A DNA stretch of 64,000 nt, from NCBI GenBank assembly GCA_963827275.1, contig CAWHAA010000004.1, positions 416,001 to 480,000 on the forward strand, written 5' to 3'. Below, piece after piece: positions 9,801 to 20,238 of this stretch; within the stretch, counting starts at the first letter, position 1; each line of letters begins with the position of its first letter. The notes beneath the pieces were generated by a model. The model was not told the DNA's origin and made no database searches. It was given only the letters and a program-made list of their open reading frames with translations. Position numbers and translations under genes: made by a program. The DNA is from an uncultured Spirochaetota bacterium. Its GTDB lineage: Bacteria > Spirochaetota > UBA4802 > UBA5550.

Positions 9801-10412
9801 ATGCATTATACAATCTTCAATATGCCGATTATAAAAAATATATTTTGGGGAATTTCAATTTTATTAATGAATCTGCTGGGATGGAAGAAAAGCGGCTCTC
9901 TGCCTGATATACCGCAATATGTCCTTATCGTCGCACCTCACACATCAAACTGGGACCTGTTCTACGGCATCATCATTGCGTTCTCCATGAAACTGGATGT
10001 ATGCTTTATGGCTAAAAAGGAGCTGTTCCGGCGGCCCTTCGGCCCAGTCATGAAATGGCTGGGCGGCATACCCATCGAACGATCGGTCTCGGATCACACT
10101 GTTGATCTGGTGACACGCACATTCCGTGAGAGCGGAAGGCTTGTTCTCGCCATAGCTCCAGAAGGCACGCGTTCGAGAGTAACGTCCTGGAAAACGGGCT
10201 TCTATCATATCGCGACAGGCGCCGGTGTCCCCATCCAGCTCGGTTTTCTCGATTATTCGAGCAAGACGGGCGGCACGGGCCCTCTCATTGTGCCAACGGG
10301 GGATTTCGAAAAGGATATGAAGATCATACGTGAGTTCTACCATAACGTGAAGGGAAGATCCGCTGACAAGGCCGGCCCCGTTTCAGTTACGAACCACGGC
10401 ATCGTCTCCTGA
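9801..10412 (+). CDS. Lysophospholipid (1-acyl-sn-glycerol-3-phosphate) acyltransferase family
   Basis: APHTSNWD (HxxxxD), FMAKKELF, GGIPIER, IAPEGTRS, WKTGFY. Confidence 0.92.
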   Translation: MHYTIFNMPIIKNIFWGISILLMNLLGWKKSGSLPDIPQYVLIVAPHTSNWDLFYGIIIAFSMKLDVCFMAKKELFRRPFGPVMKWLGGIPIERSVSDHTVDLVTRTFRESGRLVLAIAPEGTRSRVTSWKTGFYHIATGAGVPIQLGFLDYSSKTGGTGPLIVPTGDFEKDMKIIREFYHNVKGRSADKAGPVSVTNHGIVS

Positions 10413-10531
10413 ATGTAAGCCCCCCGTCCCGCGCTTTTTGTGTTAAAGATGCGTTGCGTTGCCCGATGCCGGGGTCCATTGTGTCCATCGACCGATACTG
10501 AACAGATCGCACTTAACTATATATTAACCTC

Positions 10532-10559
10532 TTGACAAACTACCAGCCCGCACTATTTT
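10532..10559 (+). promoter_or_regulatory. Sigma70-like promoter of xth
   Basis: TTGACA-N16-TATTTT. Confidence 0.5.
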
Positions 10560-10587
10560 CTTTGCCGTATATGAATGTGAAGAGACG

Positions 10588-11367
10588 ATGAAGATGAAAA
10601 TCGCAACATTTAACGCCAATTCAATCCGTGCCCGCCTGCCTGTGCTGGAGCGCTGGCTTTCCACTGTGCGCCCCGATGTGCTCTGTCTCCAGGAGACCAA
10701 GGTCGTGGACGACGACTTCCCGGTTTCGGAAATCGAGGCCCTCGGCTACCGCGCGGTGTTCCGCGGGGAGAAGTCGTACAACGGGGTCGCGGTACTCAGC
10801 CTGCATGAGTTCGAACAGGTGTCGCGCGGCTTCGACGGTGAGGGCGCGGACGAGGGGACGCGGCTGATAGCGGTCCGCGTGAAGGGCGTCGATATCGTCA
10901 ACACCTATGTCCCGCAGGGGACCGCTCCCGATTCGGACAGGTTCCGGTACAAGCTCGAGTGGTTCGGCCGCCTGAAAGAATATTTCAGCCGGCGGTACGG
11001 GACCCGTGACCGGCTTATCTGGGCGGGCGATTTAAACGTCGCGCCCGAGCCGATGGATGTGCACGACCCGAAGCGCCTCCTGGGCCATGTGGGGTTCCAT
11101 CCGGACGAGCACCGCGCCCTGGCCGCGGTGAAGGAGTGGGGGTTTGTCGATATTTTCCGGAAGCACCGGCCCGGCCCGGGCGAGTTTTCGTTCTGGGACT
11201 ACCGTGTCAGGGACAGCGTGGCGCGCGGACTCGGGTGGCGCGTTGACCATATATGGGGCACGGAGACCATGGCGGCCCTTTCCACCGGCGCCCTGATAGA
11301 CCGGGAGCCGCGGCAGTGGGAACGGCCGTCCGACCATACACCGGTAGTGGCGGAATTTTCATTATGA
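10588..11367 (+). CDS. xth: Exodeoxyribonuclease III
   Basis: IATFNANSIRAR, LCLQETK, YNGVA, GDLNVA, FSFWDYR, GWRVDH, SDHTPV. Confidence 0.96.
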   Translation: MKMKIATFNANSIRARLPVLERWLSTVRPDVLCLQETKVVDDDFPVSEIEALGYRAVFRGEKSYNGVAVLSLHEFEQVSRGFDGEGADEGTRLIAVRVKGVDIVNTYVPQGTAPDSDRFRYKLEWFGRLKEYFSRRYGTRDRLIWAGDLNVAPEPMDVHDPKRLLGHVGFHPDEHRALAAVKEWGFVDIFRKHRPGPGEFSFWDYRVRDSVARGLGWRVDHIWGTETMAALSTGALIDREPRQWERPSDHTPVVAEFSL

Positions 11368-12017
11368 AAAGGGCCCGCCGGCACATGGCAGGGAGAGGAA
11401 CGATAGTGCCGTGCCTCCTCCTTGCGGCCGCGTTGCTCCAGGCCGTCCCGGTCGCGGCAGAACCGGACGGTACCCGGATTCAGGCGCCGCGGGAGCCGTC
11501 TGACCCGGCGGTGGATGCGGGAGGGAAAAGAAGTTCCGCCGCGGAGGCCGATGTTACGGCAACCGTGATCACCGCGAAGGGAGAGCCGATGACCGGTTCG
11601 CTCCTGCTTCCGTTCGACACAATAGAGGCGGAGACGGCGGAAAAGGGGCCGGAAGGGAAAAAGTCGTTTCCCCTCGCGTCGATCAAAACGCTGGAATTCA
11701 CGCGATGGCGCGGCACGCTCCGGCGTAAGAATGAATACGCGTTCTATCCCATACTGGTGAAGATCACCCTCAGGGACGGGAAGGCATATCAATGCTCGCG
11801 CGTCACCCCGGCCCTGAACAGGCTCCTTTTTAAGGATTACCGGGGGAGACGCGTTCTGTATGCGTATTTTTTCGATTACCGCGACGGGAAGAAATGGAAA
11901 AACTCGGGTGAGGCCGACATGGCGTACCCGGACACGAGCCCTGCCGCCGGCACGGTGGTGCGGATTGAATTTGCGGCTGCCGGGATGAAGGGACCTCTGG
12001 ATTGGCTGTTTAAATAA
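11364..12017 (+). CDS. Secreted hypothetical protein
   Basis: ATGA overlap with xth stop; signal peptide CLLLAAALLQAVPVAA. Confidence 0.6.
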   Translation: MKRARRHMAGRGTIVPCLLLAAALLQAVPVAAEPDGTRIQAPREPSDPAVDAGGKRSSAAEADVTATVITAKGEPMTGSLLLPFDTIEAETAEKGPEGKKSFPLASIKTLEFTRWRGTLRRKNEYAFYPILVKITLRDGKAYQCSRVTPALNRLLFKDYRGRRVLYAYFFDYRDGKKWKNSGEADMAYPDTSPAAGTVVRIEFAAAGMKGPLDWLFK

Positions 12018-12070
12018 AAGAAATATTATTGTTAATGCAGGGAATTGTCCCGCTCGCCCGCCTCGTACGC

Positions 12071-12164
12071 CTCGACAAGCTCGGCAGCCGTCAGGCTTTA
12101 ATCATCCAAAAAGGCTTAACGGTTGGTGAGCCCTTCGGCTTCGCTCAGGACAAGCCTGACGAGC
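12071..12164. repeat. REP-like CTTCGACAAGCTCAG-family nested repeat
   Basis: CCTCGACAAGCTCGGC, CCCTTCGGCTTCGCTCAGGACAAGC; inverted pair CGTCAGGCTT (12090) / AAGCCTGACG (12152); related copy at 36680. Confidence 0.6.
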
Positions 12165-12374
12165 CACGGCGTAATTGGCGATAGATGGCAGGATGCCTAC
12201 ATGCATGCCGCGACAGGATGTCGCAAAAAGGCATGCCCTCCTGTCGCCTTCTCGCCGGGACAACTCCCTGCCGGACTTGATCATAGCTGCTTTAATAGTA
12301 GCCAAATACATGCAAAAACATCTTGACAAAAACCGTCTCTATAAATTTATGTAATAAAGTTTCCAGGACGCCGT

Positions 12375-12611
12375 ATGACCTTTGAAAGAAACAATCTCGG
12401 ATACCTGCTCACCTTCATGCTGGTGGGCGCGGTACTCGGCTCGGCGCTGGGGACCCTGATTGCGGGGTATGTTCCCGCCCTGTCGGTCATCCAGAAGAGC
12501 CTGACCGGCCCCATAGGGTTTAACCTCGAGATCATCAGTTTGCATATCAGGATAAACCTTTCGTCGATCGTCGGCCTGGTCATCGGGGCGGTGATCTTCA
12601 GAAGGATTTAG
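12375..12611 (+). CDS. Small membrane protein (DUF4321-like)
   Basis: LVGAVLGSALG...GPIGFNLEIISLHIRINLSSIVGLVIG. Confidence 0.7.
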   Translation: MTFERNNLGYLLTFMLVGAVLGSALGTLIAGYVPALSVIQKSLTGPIGFNLEIISLHIRINLSSIVGLVIGAVIFRRI

Positions 12612-12876
12612 GCCGCACCCGCGGCTATCAAGCAGCGTCACGGACCGGGGTCCGCGGCGCGAAGTATAAATCGGCGAATGCCGGTTGCCTCCTTCCATCG
12701 TGAAAAGGCAATTGCATATCGGAGCGTATTTTGCGGGAGCGCCGCGTGGCGCGACTGCTTATCATATTTCAACTTCTGCGCGCATGTCCGCGCGCGGCGT
12801 TGAAGGATAGATACAGATCCTCTCCTGCCCTGCGGGGGAGGTGAAACCATTTAACACAAGAGAGGGGGTACTATCA
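12612..12876 (+). promoter_or_regulatory. Structured rpsB 5' leader (candidate S2 autoregulatory leader)
   Basis: Five stems: 12635-12660, 12685-12711, 12739-12752, 12768-12804, 12819-12841. Confidence 0.45.
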
Positions 12877-13698
12877 GTGTCAGTAGTATCGATGAAAGCA
12901 TTACTGGAATCGGGTGTTCATTTCGGCCATCAAACGAGGCGCTGGAATCCCAAGATGTCGCAGTTTATATTTACTGCGAGGAACGGAATCCACATTATTG
13001 ATCTGCAGAAAACCATGCAGCGCATCAAGATCGCCTACGCGGCCATGAAAGACGTGGCGGAGAAGGGCGGCAAGGTGCTGTTCGTGGGCACGAAGAAACA
13101 GGCGCAGGCCGCGATCGGGGAATATGCCCAAAAATGCAACATGTTCTATGTGTCCGAACGGTGGCTGGGCGGGCTCCTTACCAACTTCAAGACGGTGAGC
13201 CATTCGATCAAGCGGCTCAAGGACCTGGAAAAGATGCGGGACACCGACCACTGGGAAGCGGAGACGAAGAAGGAACGGCTCGACCTGAACCGCGAACTCG
13301 AGAAGAAGAACAAGGTGCTCTCGGGCATCAAGGATATGACGAAGATGCCGGACGCCCTTTTCATCATCGATCCCAAGCGCGAATCGATCGCGGTGCAGGA
13401 AGCGCGGAAGATGGGGATCCCCATCTTTGCGGTCGTCGATACCAACTGCAATCCCGATGAGATAGATTTCCCGATCCCCGGCAACGATGACGCCATCCGG
13501 GCAATCGCGCTCTTCCTGGACGTTATGGCGCGGGCGGTCCTTGAGGGCCAGTCAGGCGGCATGGTCGAGGACGTGGCGGAAGCCGCCCCGGAGGGCGCCG
13601 CCGAGGAAGGAGCGGAGCCCGGAGCGGCCGCAGAAACACCGGCGGAAGGGTCGTCCACGGAAGTATACGAAGAAGACGACGAACTGTATGAGCCGTAG
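12877..13698 (+). CDS. rpsB: 30S ribosomal protein S2
   Basis: GTG start; [47 protein letters not shown]; acidic tail. Confidence 0.99.
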   Translation: MSVVSMKALLESGVHFGHQTRRWNPKMSQFIFTARNGIHIIDLQKTMQRIKIAYAAMKDVAEKGGKVLFVGTKKQAQAAIGEYAQKCNMFYVSERWLGGLLTNFKTVSHSIKRLKDLEKMRDTDHWEAETKKERLDLNRELEKKNKVLSGIKDMTKMPDALFIIDPKRESIAVQEARKMGIPIFAVVDTNCNPDEIDFPIPGNDDAIRAIALFLDVMARAVLEGQSGGMVEDVAEAAPEGAAEEGAEPGAAAETPAEGSSTEVYEEDDELYEP

Positions 13699-13812
13699 GA
13701 CCGCGGCTGCGGCATGTTAACTACTGCATAATCACGGCCCGGCGCCGCGCGGCACATTCAGCGTGCCCCCGGCGGACCGGTCTGTTATGAATCATTCTAA
13801 AGGAGCTATGAC

Positions 13813-14409
13813 GTGGCAGAAATAACGAGCGATATGATAAAAGAGTTACGGGAGAAGACACAGGCCGGGATGCTGGACTGCAAGAAGGCCCTCGTCGAAA
13901 TGAACGGCGACATGGACAAGGCAGTCGAGTTTCTCAGGAAAAAAGGGCTCGCGTCCGCAGACAAGAAGATGGGGCGGCAGGTGACGCAGGGGATCGTGGC
14001 GTCCTACGTGCACTCCAACAAGAAGATCGGCGTCCTGGTCGAGCTTTTGACCGTAACCGACTTCGTGGCGCGCAACGAGGCCTTCGAAGAACTGGGCAAG
14101 GAGCTGTGCATGCAGGTAGCGGCGGCAAGCCCGCTCTATATCAAGATCGAGGACGTGCCCAAAGATGTAATCGACAAGGAACGGGAAATATACCGGGAGC
14201 AGATGAAGGACTCCGGCAAGCCGGCCAACGTGATCGAGAAGATCGTTGACGGCAAGCTCAACAAGTTTTATACCGACGTGTGCCTCCTGGAGCAGGAATT
14301 CATCAAGGATTCAAGCGTCCGGATCAAGGACCTGATCAAGCAGAAGATCGCCACGTTCGGCGAGAATATCGAAGTGGGAAGGTTTGTCCGTTACCAGATA
14401 GGCGGGTAG
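13813..14409 (+). CDS. tsf: Elongation factor Ts (short form)
   Basis: IKELREKTQAGMLDCKKAL, TDFVA, KPANVIEKIVDGK, LLEQEFIKD. Confidence 0.98.
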   Translation: MAEITSDMIKELREKTQAGMLDCKKALVEMNGDMDKAVEFLRKKGLASADKKMGRQVTQGIVASYVHSNKKIGVLVELLTVTDFVARNEAFEELGKELCMQVAAASPLYIKIEDVPKDVIDKEREIYREQMKDSGKPANVIEKIVDGKLNKFYTDVCLLEQEFIKDSSVRIKDLIKQKIATFGENIEVGRFVRYQIGG

Positions 14410-14410
14410 C

Positions 14411-15142
14411 ATGAAGCCCAAGGAACCGACATCAGGGCCCGGGTACCGCCGCGTTTTGCTGAAGCTCTCCGGCGAGGCGCTCGCCGGAGACGCCAAGACC
14501 GGCATCAATGCCGCGATACTCTCCGGGATCGCCGATGAGATACGCGAAGTCCGGGAGATGGGCGTTGAGGTCGCGGTGGTCATCGGGGCGGGGAACATCT
14601 TCCGCGGCAACATCGCCGAGAGCCTCGGCATCAGGCGCGTCACCGGCGACCACATGGGCATGCTCGCCACGGTGATGAATTCCCTGGCCCTCCAGAACGC
14701 GCTTGAAGCGATCGGGGTGCAGGCCAGGGTCATGTGCTCCTTCTCCATGAAGGAGATCGCGGAGCCGTACATCATCAGGAAGGCGCTGGACCACCTGGAC
14801 CACGGGCGCGTGGTGATCGCCGCGGGCGGCACGGGCCATCCCTTCTTCACCACCGACACCGCGGCGGGCCTTCGCGCGGTCGAACTTGACGCACAGGTGC
14901 TTCTCAAGGCCACCAGGGTCGACGGCGTGTATACCGGCGACCCGGAAAAGGACCCCGCCGCGAAAAAAATTGACGCCATATCGTATATCGACGTGCTGAA
15001 GGGACGGCTCCGCATAATGGACTTCACGGCAGTTTCCCTCTGCATGGACAACAATCTGCCTATCATCGTTTTTAACCTGTTCAAGAGGGGCTCGCTGAAG
15101 GAGATTGTCACGGGCGGCCCGGTCGGCACAATTATTTCCTGA
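14411..15142 (+). CDS. pyrH: UMP kinase
   Basis: RVLLKLSGEAL, GAGNIFRG, DHMGMLATVMN, PFFTTDTAA. Confidence 0.99.
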   Translation: MKPKEPTSGPGYRRVLLKLSGEALAGDAKTGINAAILSGIADEIREVREMGVEVAVVIGAGNIFRGNIAESLGIRRVTGDHMGMLATVMNSLALQNALEAIGVQARVMCSFSMKEIAEPYIIRKALDHLDHGRVVIAAGGTGHPFFTTDTAAGLRAVELDAQVLLKATRVDGVYTGDPEKDPAAKKIDAISYIDVLKGRLRIMDFTAVSLCMDNNLPIIVFNLFKRGSLKEIVTGGPVGTIIS

Positions 15143-15154
15143 GGGATAGAAATC

Positions 15155-15712
15155 ATGACAGAAGATATCATCAGCGATGTAGAAGACCGCATGAAGAAGA
15201 GCATCACCGCGCTGCAGAAAGACTTTGCGGCGATACGCACCGGGAGAGCGAACCCCGCCATGTTCGACGGCGTCAGGGTGAGCGTGTACGGCACCGAGAT
15301 GCCCCTGAACCAGGTGGCCACGGTCTCCTGCCCGGAGCCGCGCCTGGTGGTGATCCAGCCGTGGGACAAGGGCAACCTGGGCGAGGTGGAGAAGGCCATC
15401 CTCAAGTCGGACCTCTCGGTCAATCCCTCCAACGACGGGAACCTGATCCGCATACAGATCCCGGACCTCACCGAGGAGCGCCGGAAGGAGTACGTGAAGC
15501 ACGCCCGCCACAAGGCAGAGGAGTGCAGGGTCGCCGTCCGGAATGTCCGCCGGGACGGCAATGACATGATCAAGGAGCTGGAAAAGGAGAAGGACATTTC
15601 TGAAGACGAATCCAAGAACGCGCTTGCCAGGATACAGAAAATCACCGACAAATATATCGATGATATCCAGAAGATGACGGACAACAAGGAAAAAGAGATT
15701 CTCAATATATAG
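15155..15712 (+). CDS. frr: Ribosome recycling factor
   Basis: IRTGRANP, IQPWD, LTEERRKE, RVAVRNVRRD. Confidence 0.99.
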   Translation: MTEDIISDVEDRMKKSITALQKDFAAIRTGRANPAMFDGVRVSVYGTEMPLNQVATVSCPEPRLVVIQPWDKGNLGEVEKAILKSDLSVNPSNDGNLIRIQIPDLTEERRKEYVKHARHKAEECRVAVRNVRRDGNDMIKELEKEKDISEDESKNALARIQKITDKYIDDIQKMTDNKEKEILNI

Positions 15713-15732
15713 CGCAGCCGCATTCACCCATA

Positions 15733-16449
15733 ATGAAAGACTACAGCCGCCTTATCGAGAGGAAAAATATACCGTCGCATATCGCGATAATCATGGACGG
15801 CAACGGAAGGTGGGCGAAAAAAAAGTCCCTGCCCCGCTCGGAAGGCCACCGGCGCGGGTCGGAGATAATCGAGCCGCTCATGGACGCGGCCATCGACATG
15901 GGCATCAAGGCCGTTTCCCTCTACGCGTTTTCCACCGAGAACTGGATCCGTCCCAAGACCGAGATCCTGGGCCTGTGGAAGCTCCTCGATTATTTTTTCA
16001 ATGTGAAAATCGAATCGATAAAGGCGAAGGGGATCAGGGTCATGCACTCCGGCTTCATCGACCGGCTCCCCGGCGCATCGAAGCGGAATATCCAGAACGC
16101 CATCGACGCCACCAGTGACAACAAAAAGCTTGTGCTCAATTTCTGCCTGAACTACGGCGGCCGCCAGGACATCGTCAATGCGGTGAACGACTGGGCCCGG
16201 GGGCGCGGCCCGCGGGAGCGGGCCAGCGCAAAGGACATTGAGAAGCGCCTCCTGACCGCCGGGCTGCCGGAGGTCGACCTCCTGATACGCACCGGCGGCG
16301 AGTGCCGCATCAGCAATTTTCTGATATGGCAGATCGCGTACGCCGAACTCGTCTTCATGGACGTCCTGTGGCCCGATTTCAGGCCGCGTCATCTATATAA
16401 AGCGGTGTATGAATACCAGCAGAGGGAGAGGAGGTTCGGCGGACTATGA
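15733..16449 (+). CDS. uppS: Undecaprenyl diphosphate synthase
   Basis: HIAIIMDGNGRWA, YAFSTENW, NYGGR, DLLIRTGGECRISNFLIWQ. Confidence 0.98.
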   Translation: MKDYSRLIERKNIPSHIAIIMDGNGRWAKKKSLPRSEGHRRGSEIIEPLMDAAIDMGIKAVSLYAFSTENWIRPKTEILGLWKLLDYFFNVKIESIKAKGIRVMHSGFIDRLPGASKRNIQNAIDATSDNKKLVLNFCLNYGGRQDIVNAVNDWARGRGPRERASAKDIEKRLLTAGLPEVDLLIRTGGECRISNFLIWQIAYAELVFMDVLWPDFRPRHLYKAVYEYQQRERRFGGL

Positions 16450-17333
16450 GTGATGTTAAGAAAAATATCCTTACCAGGGTGCTGATGGCGGTCGTGGCGC
16501 TCCCGGTCTATGTCTTCACGATCGTCACCGACATGGCGCAGTCGACGCCGATCCTGGCCTGCTCGCTCATCGTCACCCTGGCGTGCCTGTATGAATATTA
16601 CCAGATCACCGACCGGGGAGGGGATGAACGCGCCTACTTTAAAACCGGCATGGCTTTTGCCGTCGCGATCAACGTCATGATGTATTGCTTCGCCTTCGGC
16701 AAATTATACGGGTATGACAAATATCTTGCCGTTTTCGACGCGCGGGCCGTCCTTGCGCTGGTGGCCCTCCTGCTCTCCGTCATCCTGGCGCTCCAGCTTT
16801 TCACGCGGGGCATAAAGGGCGCGTCCTATTCGCTGGGCGTCACGCTCTTCGGGCTGGCATATATCGTGTTTTCATTTTCCCACATCATTTTAATGAAGGC
16901 GCTGACGGACGGCGTCTATTACATCATCATCCTGAACGTCGTGGTCATGCTGAATGACTCCATGGCGCTGTTCGGCGGCGTCCTGTTCGGGAAGCACAAG
17001 ACCGGCTTCCCGGTGTCGCCGAACAAGTCGTGGGAGGGGTATTTCTCGGGGCTCCTCTTCAGTATCCTGGCGATGGTCATCACGAACCAGGTGTATATCT
17101 CTTTTTTTGATACGCGCCTGTTCGGCATGCTTGAATCGGTGTTCCTGGGGATCGCCCTGTCGGTGCTCGGCAACCTGGGCGACCTCGCTGAATCCGCGAT
17201 CAAGCGCGACGGCGCCATAAAGGACTCCGGCTCTATCATTCCGGGACACGGCGGCATGTGGGACGTGTTCGACGCGCTGATCTATACATACCCGCTATTT
17301 TATTATTACCTGGTCCTGAAAGGAGTTGCCTGA
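16446..17333 (+). CDS. cdsA: Phosphatidate cytidylyltransferase
   Basis: SPNKSWEG, GDLAESAIKR, KDSGSIIPGHGG. Confidence 0.97.
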   Translation: MSDVKKNILTRVLMAVVALPVYVFTIVTDMAQSTPILACSLIVTLACLYEYYQITDRGGDERAYFKTGMAFAVAINVMMYCFAFGKLYGYDKYLAVFDARAVLALVALLLSVILALQLFTRGIKGASYSLGVTLFGLAYIVFSFSHIILMKALTDGVYYIIILNVVVMLNDSMALFGGVLFGKHKTGFPVSPNKSWEGYFSGLLFSILAMVITNQVYISFFDTRLFGMLESVFLGIALSVLGNLGDLAESAIKRDGAIKDSGSIIPGHGGMWDVFDALIYTYPLFYYYLVLKGVA

Positions 17334-17348
17334 TACGATTTCGGGCGT

Positions 17349-18524
17349 ATGAGCAGGACACTGTCAATACTCGGGTCCACCGGATCCATCGGCGTGACCA
17401 CCCTGCGGGTGGCGCGCTTTCTGAACAGGGAGTTCCGCGTCTATGGCCTCGCCTGCGGCGGGAACATACGGCTCCTGGAGGAGCAGATCCGGGAGTTCCG
17501 GCCCGAGGTGGTCGCGGTGGCGTCCCGCGGGGCGGCAGCGACCGGCGAATACCGCGACCTGGTGAAGAAGTTCCCCGGCACGGCGTTCCTCGAGGGAGAG
17601 GACGGGGTGGCGGAGATGGCCGGGCACAGCGTCGATGTCCTGGTCTCCGCCATCGTGGGAGCGGCGGGGCTCAGGCCCACGCTCGCCTCGATCGGCGCGG
17701 CGCGGCGGCTGGCGCTGGCCAACAAGGAGACCCTGGTCATGGCCGGCGACATCGTAAAACGGAGGGTGAGGGAGTCGGGCACGGAGCTCATCCCCGTTGA
17801 CAGCGAGCACAGCGCGGTGTTTTCGCTCACGCGGGGGCTTGCGCCCGGCGAGATCGAGCGCATCATCCTCACCGCCTCCGGGGGCAGCCTGCGCGACGTC
17901 GCGGTCGGCGAGCTGCCGGCAGTGACCCCCGAGCGGGCCCTTGCGCACCCGACGTGGGACATGGGCAGCAAGATCACCATCGATTCGGCCACGCTCATGA
18001 ACAAGGGACTGGAGGTGATCGAGGCGCACCATCTTTTTGACGCGGGGTATGACCGCATCGGCGTCCTGATACACCCCGAGAGCATCGTGCACTCGATGGT
18101 CGAAACGGTCGACGGCGCGATGTACGCGCACATGGGAGTGACCGACATGGTCTTCCCGGTGCTGAACGCGCTCGCCTACCCTGAGAAGCGGCAGAACCCC
18201 TTCGGGAGGCTCAGGCTCGAAGAGGTCGGCAGGCTCACCTTCAGGGAGTGCGACCGGGGCCGTTATCCCGCCCTTGGCCTCTGTGTCGCGGCGGGCCGGC
18301 GCGGCGGCACCTGCCCCGCGGCGCTGAACGCCGCGAACGAGGTCGCCGTGGCGGCCTTCCTTGACGGGACAATATCCTTTACGGACATCGTCAGGGTGGT
18401 GGAGATGACGGTTGAGAAGCATAATGTTGTGGACAGTCCGGACCTTGGCGATATTGTTAACGCGGACAGCGAAGCGCGCGGCAGGGCGGAAATTATAATA
18501 AAAAGTGTAACGAATCGCGGGTAA
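17349..18524 (+). CDS. dxr: 1-deoxy-D-xylulose-5-phosphate reductoisomerase
   Basis: LGSTGSIG, LANKETLV, PVDSEH, HPTWDMGSKITIDSATLMNKGLEVIEA. Confidence 0.99.
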   Translation: MSRTLSILGSTGSIGVTTLRVARFLNREFRVYGLACGGNIRLLEEQIREFRPEVVAVASRGAAATGEYRDLVKKFPGTAFLEGEDGVAEMAGHSVDVLVSAIVGAAGLRPTLASIGAARRLALANKETLVMAGDIVKRRVRESGTELIPVDSEHSAVFSLTRGLAPGEIERIILTASGGSLRDVAVGELPAVTPERALAHPTWDMGSKITIDSATLMNKGLEVIEAHHLFDAGYDRIGVLIHPESIVHSMVETVDGAMYAHMGVTDMVFPVLNALAYPEKRQNPFGRLRLEEVGRLTFRECDRGRYPALGLCVAAGRRGGTCPAALNAANEVAVAAFLDGTISFTDIVRVVEMTVEKHNVVDSPDLGDIVNADSEARGRAEIIIKSVTNRG

Positions 18525-18562
18525 AAAAGTCTCTCTTATTATAGAATCGATGGAGTAATGTA

Positions 18563-20122
18563 ATGCAATATGTGATCTACGTAGCAGCCGGCATCATCCT
18601 TCTCGGCCTCTGCATCTTTGTGCACGAGCTGGGGCATCTCCTTGGCGGCAGGATGGTCGGCATAAAGGCGAAGACCTTTTCGCTCGGCATGGGGAAGGGC
18701 ATCATCAAGAAAAAGATCGGGGACACCACCTACCAGATAGCCCCGTTCCCGTTCGGCGGATACTGCCAGTTCTACGGCGAAGACCCGTCAGAGGAGCGGA
18801 CGGGCCAGGGTTTCGAGTTTCTGTCGGCCCACCCGCTGAAGAGGATCGTGACAGTGGCCATGGGTCCGCTCTTCAACCTCTTCTTCGGGATCATTATCTT
18901 CTTCGTCATGAACCTGGTGGGGTATTCGAAGGACACCAACCAGGTCAACATACCGGAGCAGCTTCAGACCGGCAGGCAGGCTTCCCCGGCCTATGAGGCG
19001 GGCGTCCGCAGCGGCGACCGCATCGTGAAGATCGGCGACGATACGGTCATGAGCTTTTCAGACATACAGGTAGCGGTCATGTTCAGCGAGGGCCGGGCCC
19101 TTGATGTCACGCTTGACCGCGGCGGAAAACAGCTTCAGCTGCCGGTGACCCCGCGGCAGGGGGCGGGCGGCCGCTATGAAATCGGCGTGATGCCCTACGG
19201 ATCGCGCATACTGGTCGTGGAGCTGGTGGAGGGCGGCGCGGCAAAGGCCGCGGGCCTCAGGGAGATGGATGAAATCGTATCTATGGACGGGAACGCCGTC
19301 AGGAGCGAGGCGGAATTCTCCCGCTATATCAATGGCCGCGCCGACAGGCCGGTGAAGTTCAGCATCATGCGGAAGGGCGCCCTCATTGAGAAGGTGATCA
19401 CGCCCGCGCTCAATGACGTCGTCAGGTTCCAGGCTGTAGACAAGAAAGGGAACCGCGGCGAGGCCCTCTCCATCATGAAGTCGAAAAGCCTCCAGAAATA
19501 CCTCGACAAGGGGTCGATCAAAATTAACGGCCGCACGATAACCGGCTACGAGGGGCTCGTGGCCGCGGTCGGTGAAAACGCCGGCAGGCAGATATCGTTC
19601 CAGATCGACAATGAACAGTACACGGGGACCGCGCAGATCGAAAAGGTGGGCCTCATCGGCATCTTCCAGGCCGTGGCGCCGGACCAGGTGCTTATCCGGT
19701 ACGGCGTCGGGGACGCGTTCGTCCAGTCGTTCATCGAACCGTACGAGTTTATTGTCATGAACCTGAAGGGGATCGGCATGCTTTTTACCGGGAAGATGAA
19801 CGTGCGGGAAAACCTTTCGGGCCCCATACGGATCGTGCAGATCGCGGGGCAGGTGGCGTACTACAAGGGCATCCCTGATTTCATCCTGCTCATGGCAAAG
19901 ATATCCATCATCCTGATGGTGATGAACCTGCTGCCCATCCCGGTGGTTGACGGGAGCCATCTGATCTTCTTCACGATAGAATGGATCAGGAAAAAACCGC
20001 TGAGCCAGAAGATCATGGAGCGCATCCAGACCGTGGGGATCGTCCTCCTCGTGATGCTCATGGCCTTTGTCATTATCAATGACATATCCATGCTTCCCTT
20101 CATGCAGAATTTTTTCAAATAG
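18563..20122 (+). CDS. rseP: RIP metalloprotease RseP (site-2 protease with PDZ domains)
   Basis: HELGH, PFGGYC, NLSGPI, MNLLPIPVVDG. Confidence 0.96.
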   Translation: MQYVIYVAAGIILLGLCIFVHELGHLLGGRMVGIKAKTFSLGMGKGIIKKKIGDTTYQIAPFPFGGYCQFYGEDPSEERTGQGFEFLSAHPLKRIVTVAMGPLFNLFFGIIIFFVMNLVGYSKDTNQVNIPEQLQTGRQASPAYEAGVRSGDRIVKIGDDTVMSFSDIQVAVMFSEGRALDVTLDRGGKQLQLPVTPRQGAGGRYEIGVMPYGSRILVVELVEGGAAKAAGLREMDEIVSMDGNAVRSEAEFSRYINGRADRPVKFSIMRKGALIEKVITPALNDVVRFQAVDKKGNRGEALSIMKSKSLQKYLDKGSIKINGRTITGYEGLVAAVGENAGRQISFQIDNEQYTGTAQIEKVGLIGIFQAVAPDQVLIRYGVGDAFVQSFIEPYEFIVMNLKGIGMLFTGKMNVRENLSGPIRIVQIAGQVAYYKGIPDFILLMAKISIILMVMNLLPIPVVDGSHLIFFTIEWIRKKPLSQKIMERIQTVGIVLLVMLMAFVIINDISMLPFMQNFFK

Positions 20123-20238
20123 AGCGGGGCTGGTATATCCGGCGTGTGCAATTTTGAGAGCTCCTCCCCCTCCCGCGACGGGAGGGAGCGGAGCGGCCCG
20201 CGCCGGCGTTGTGCCGGGCGCGGTTGAACGGCAGGGAG

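Noticed and set aside
12612..12720. tRNA or riboswitch upstream of rpsB
   Set aside because: No TTCRA T-loop, cloverleaf or recognisable aptamer consensus.
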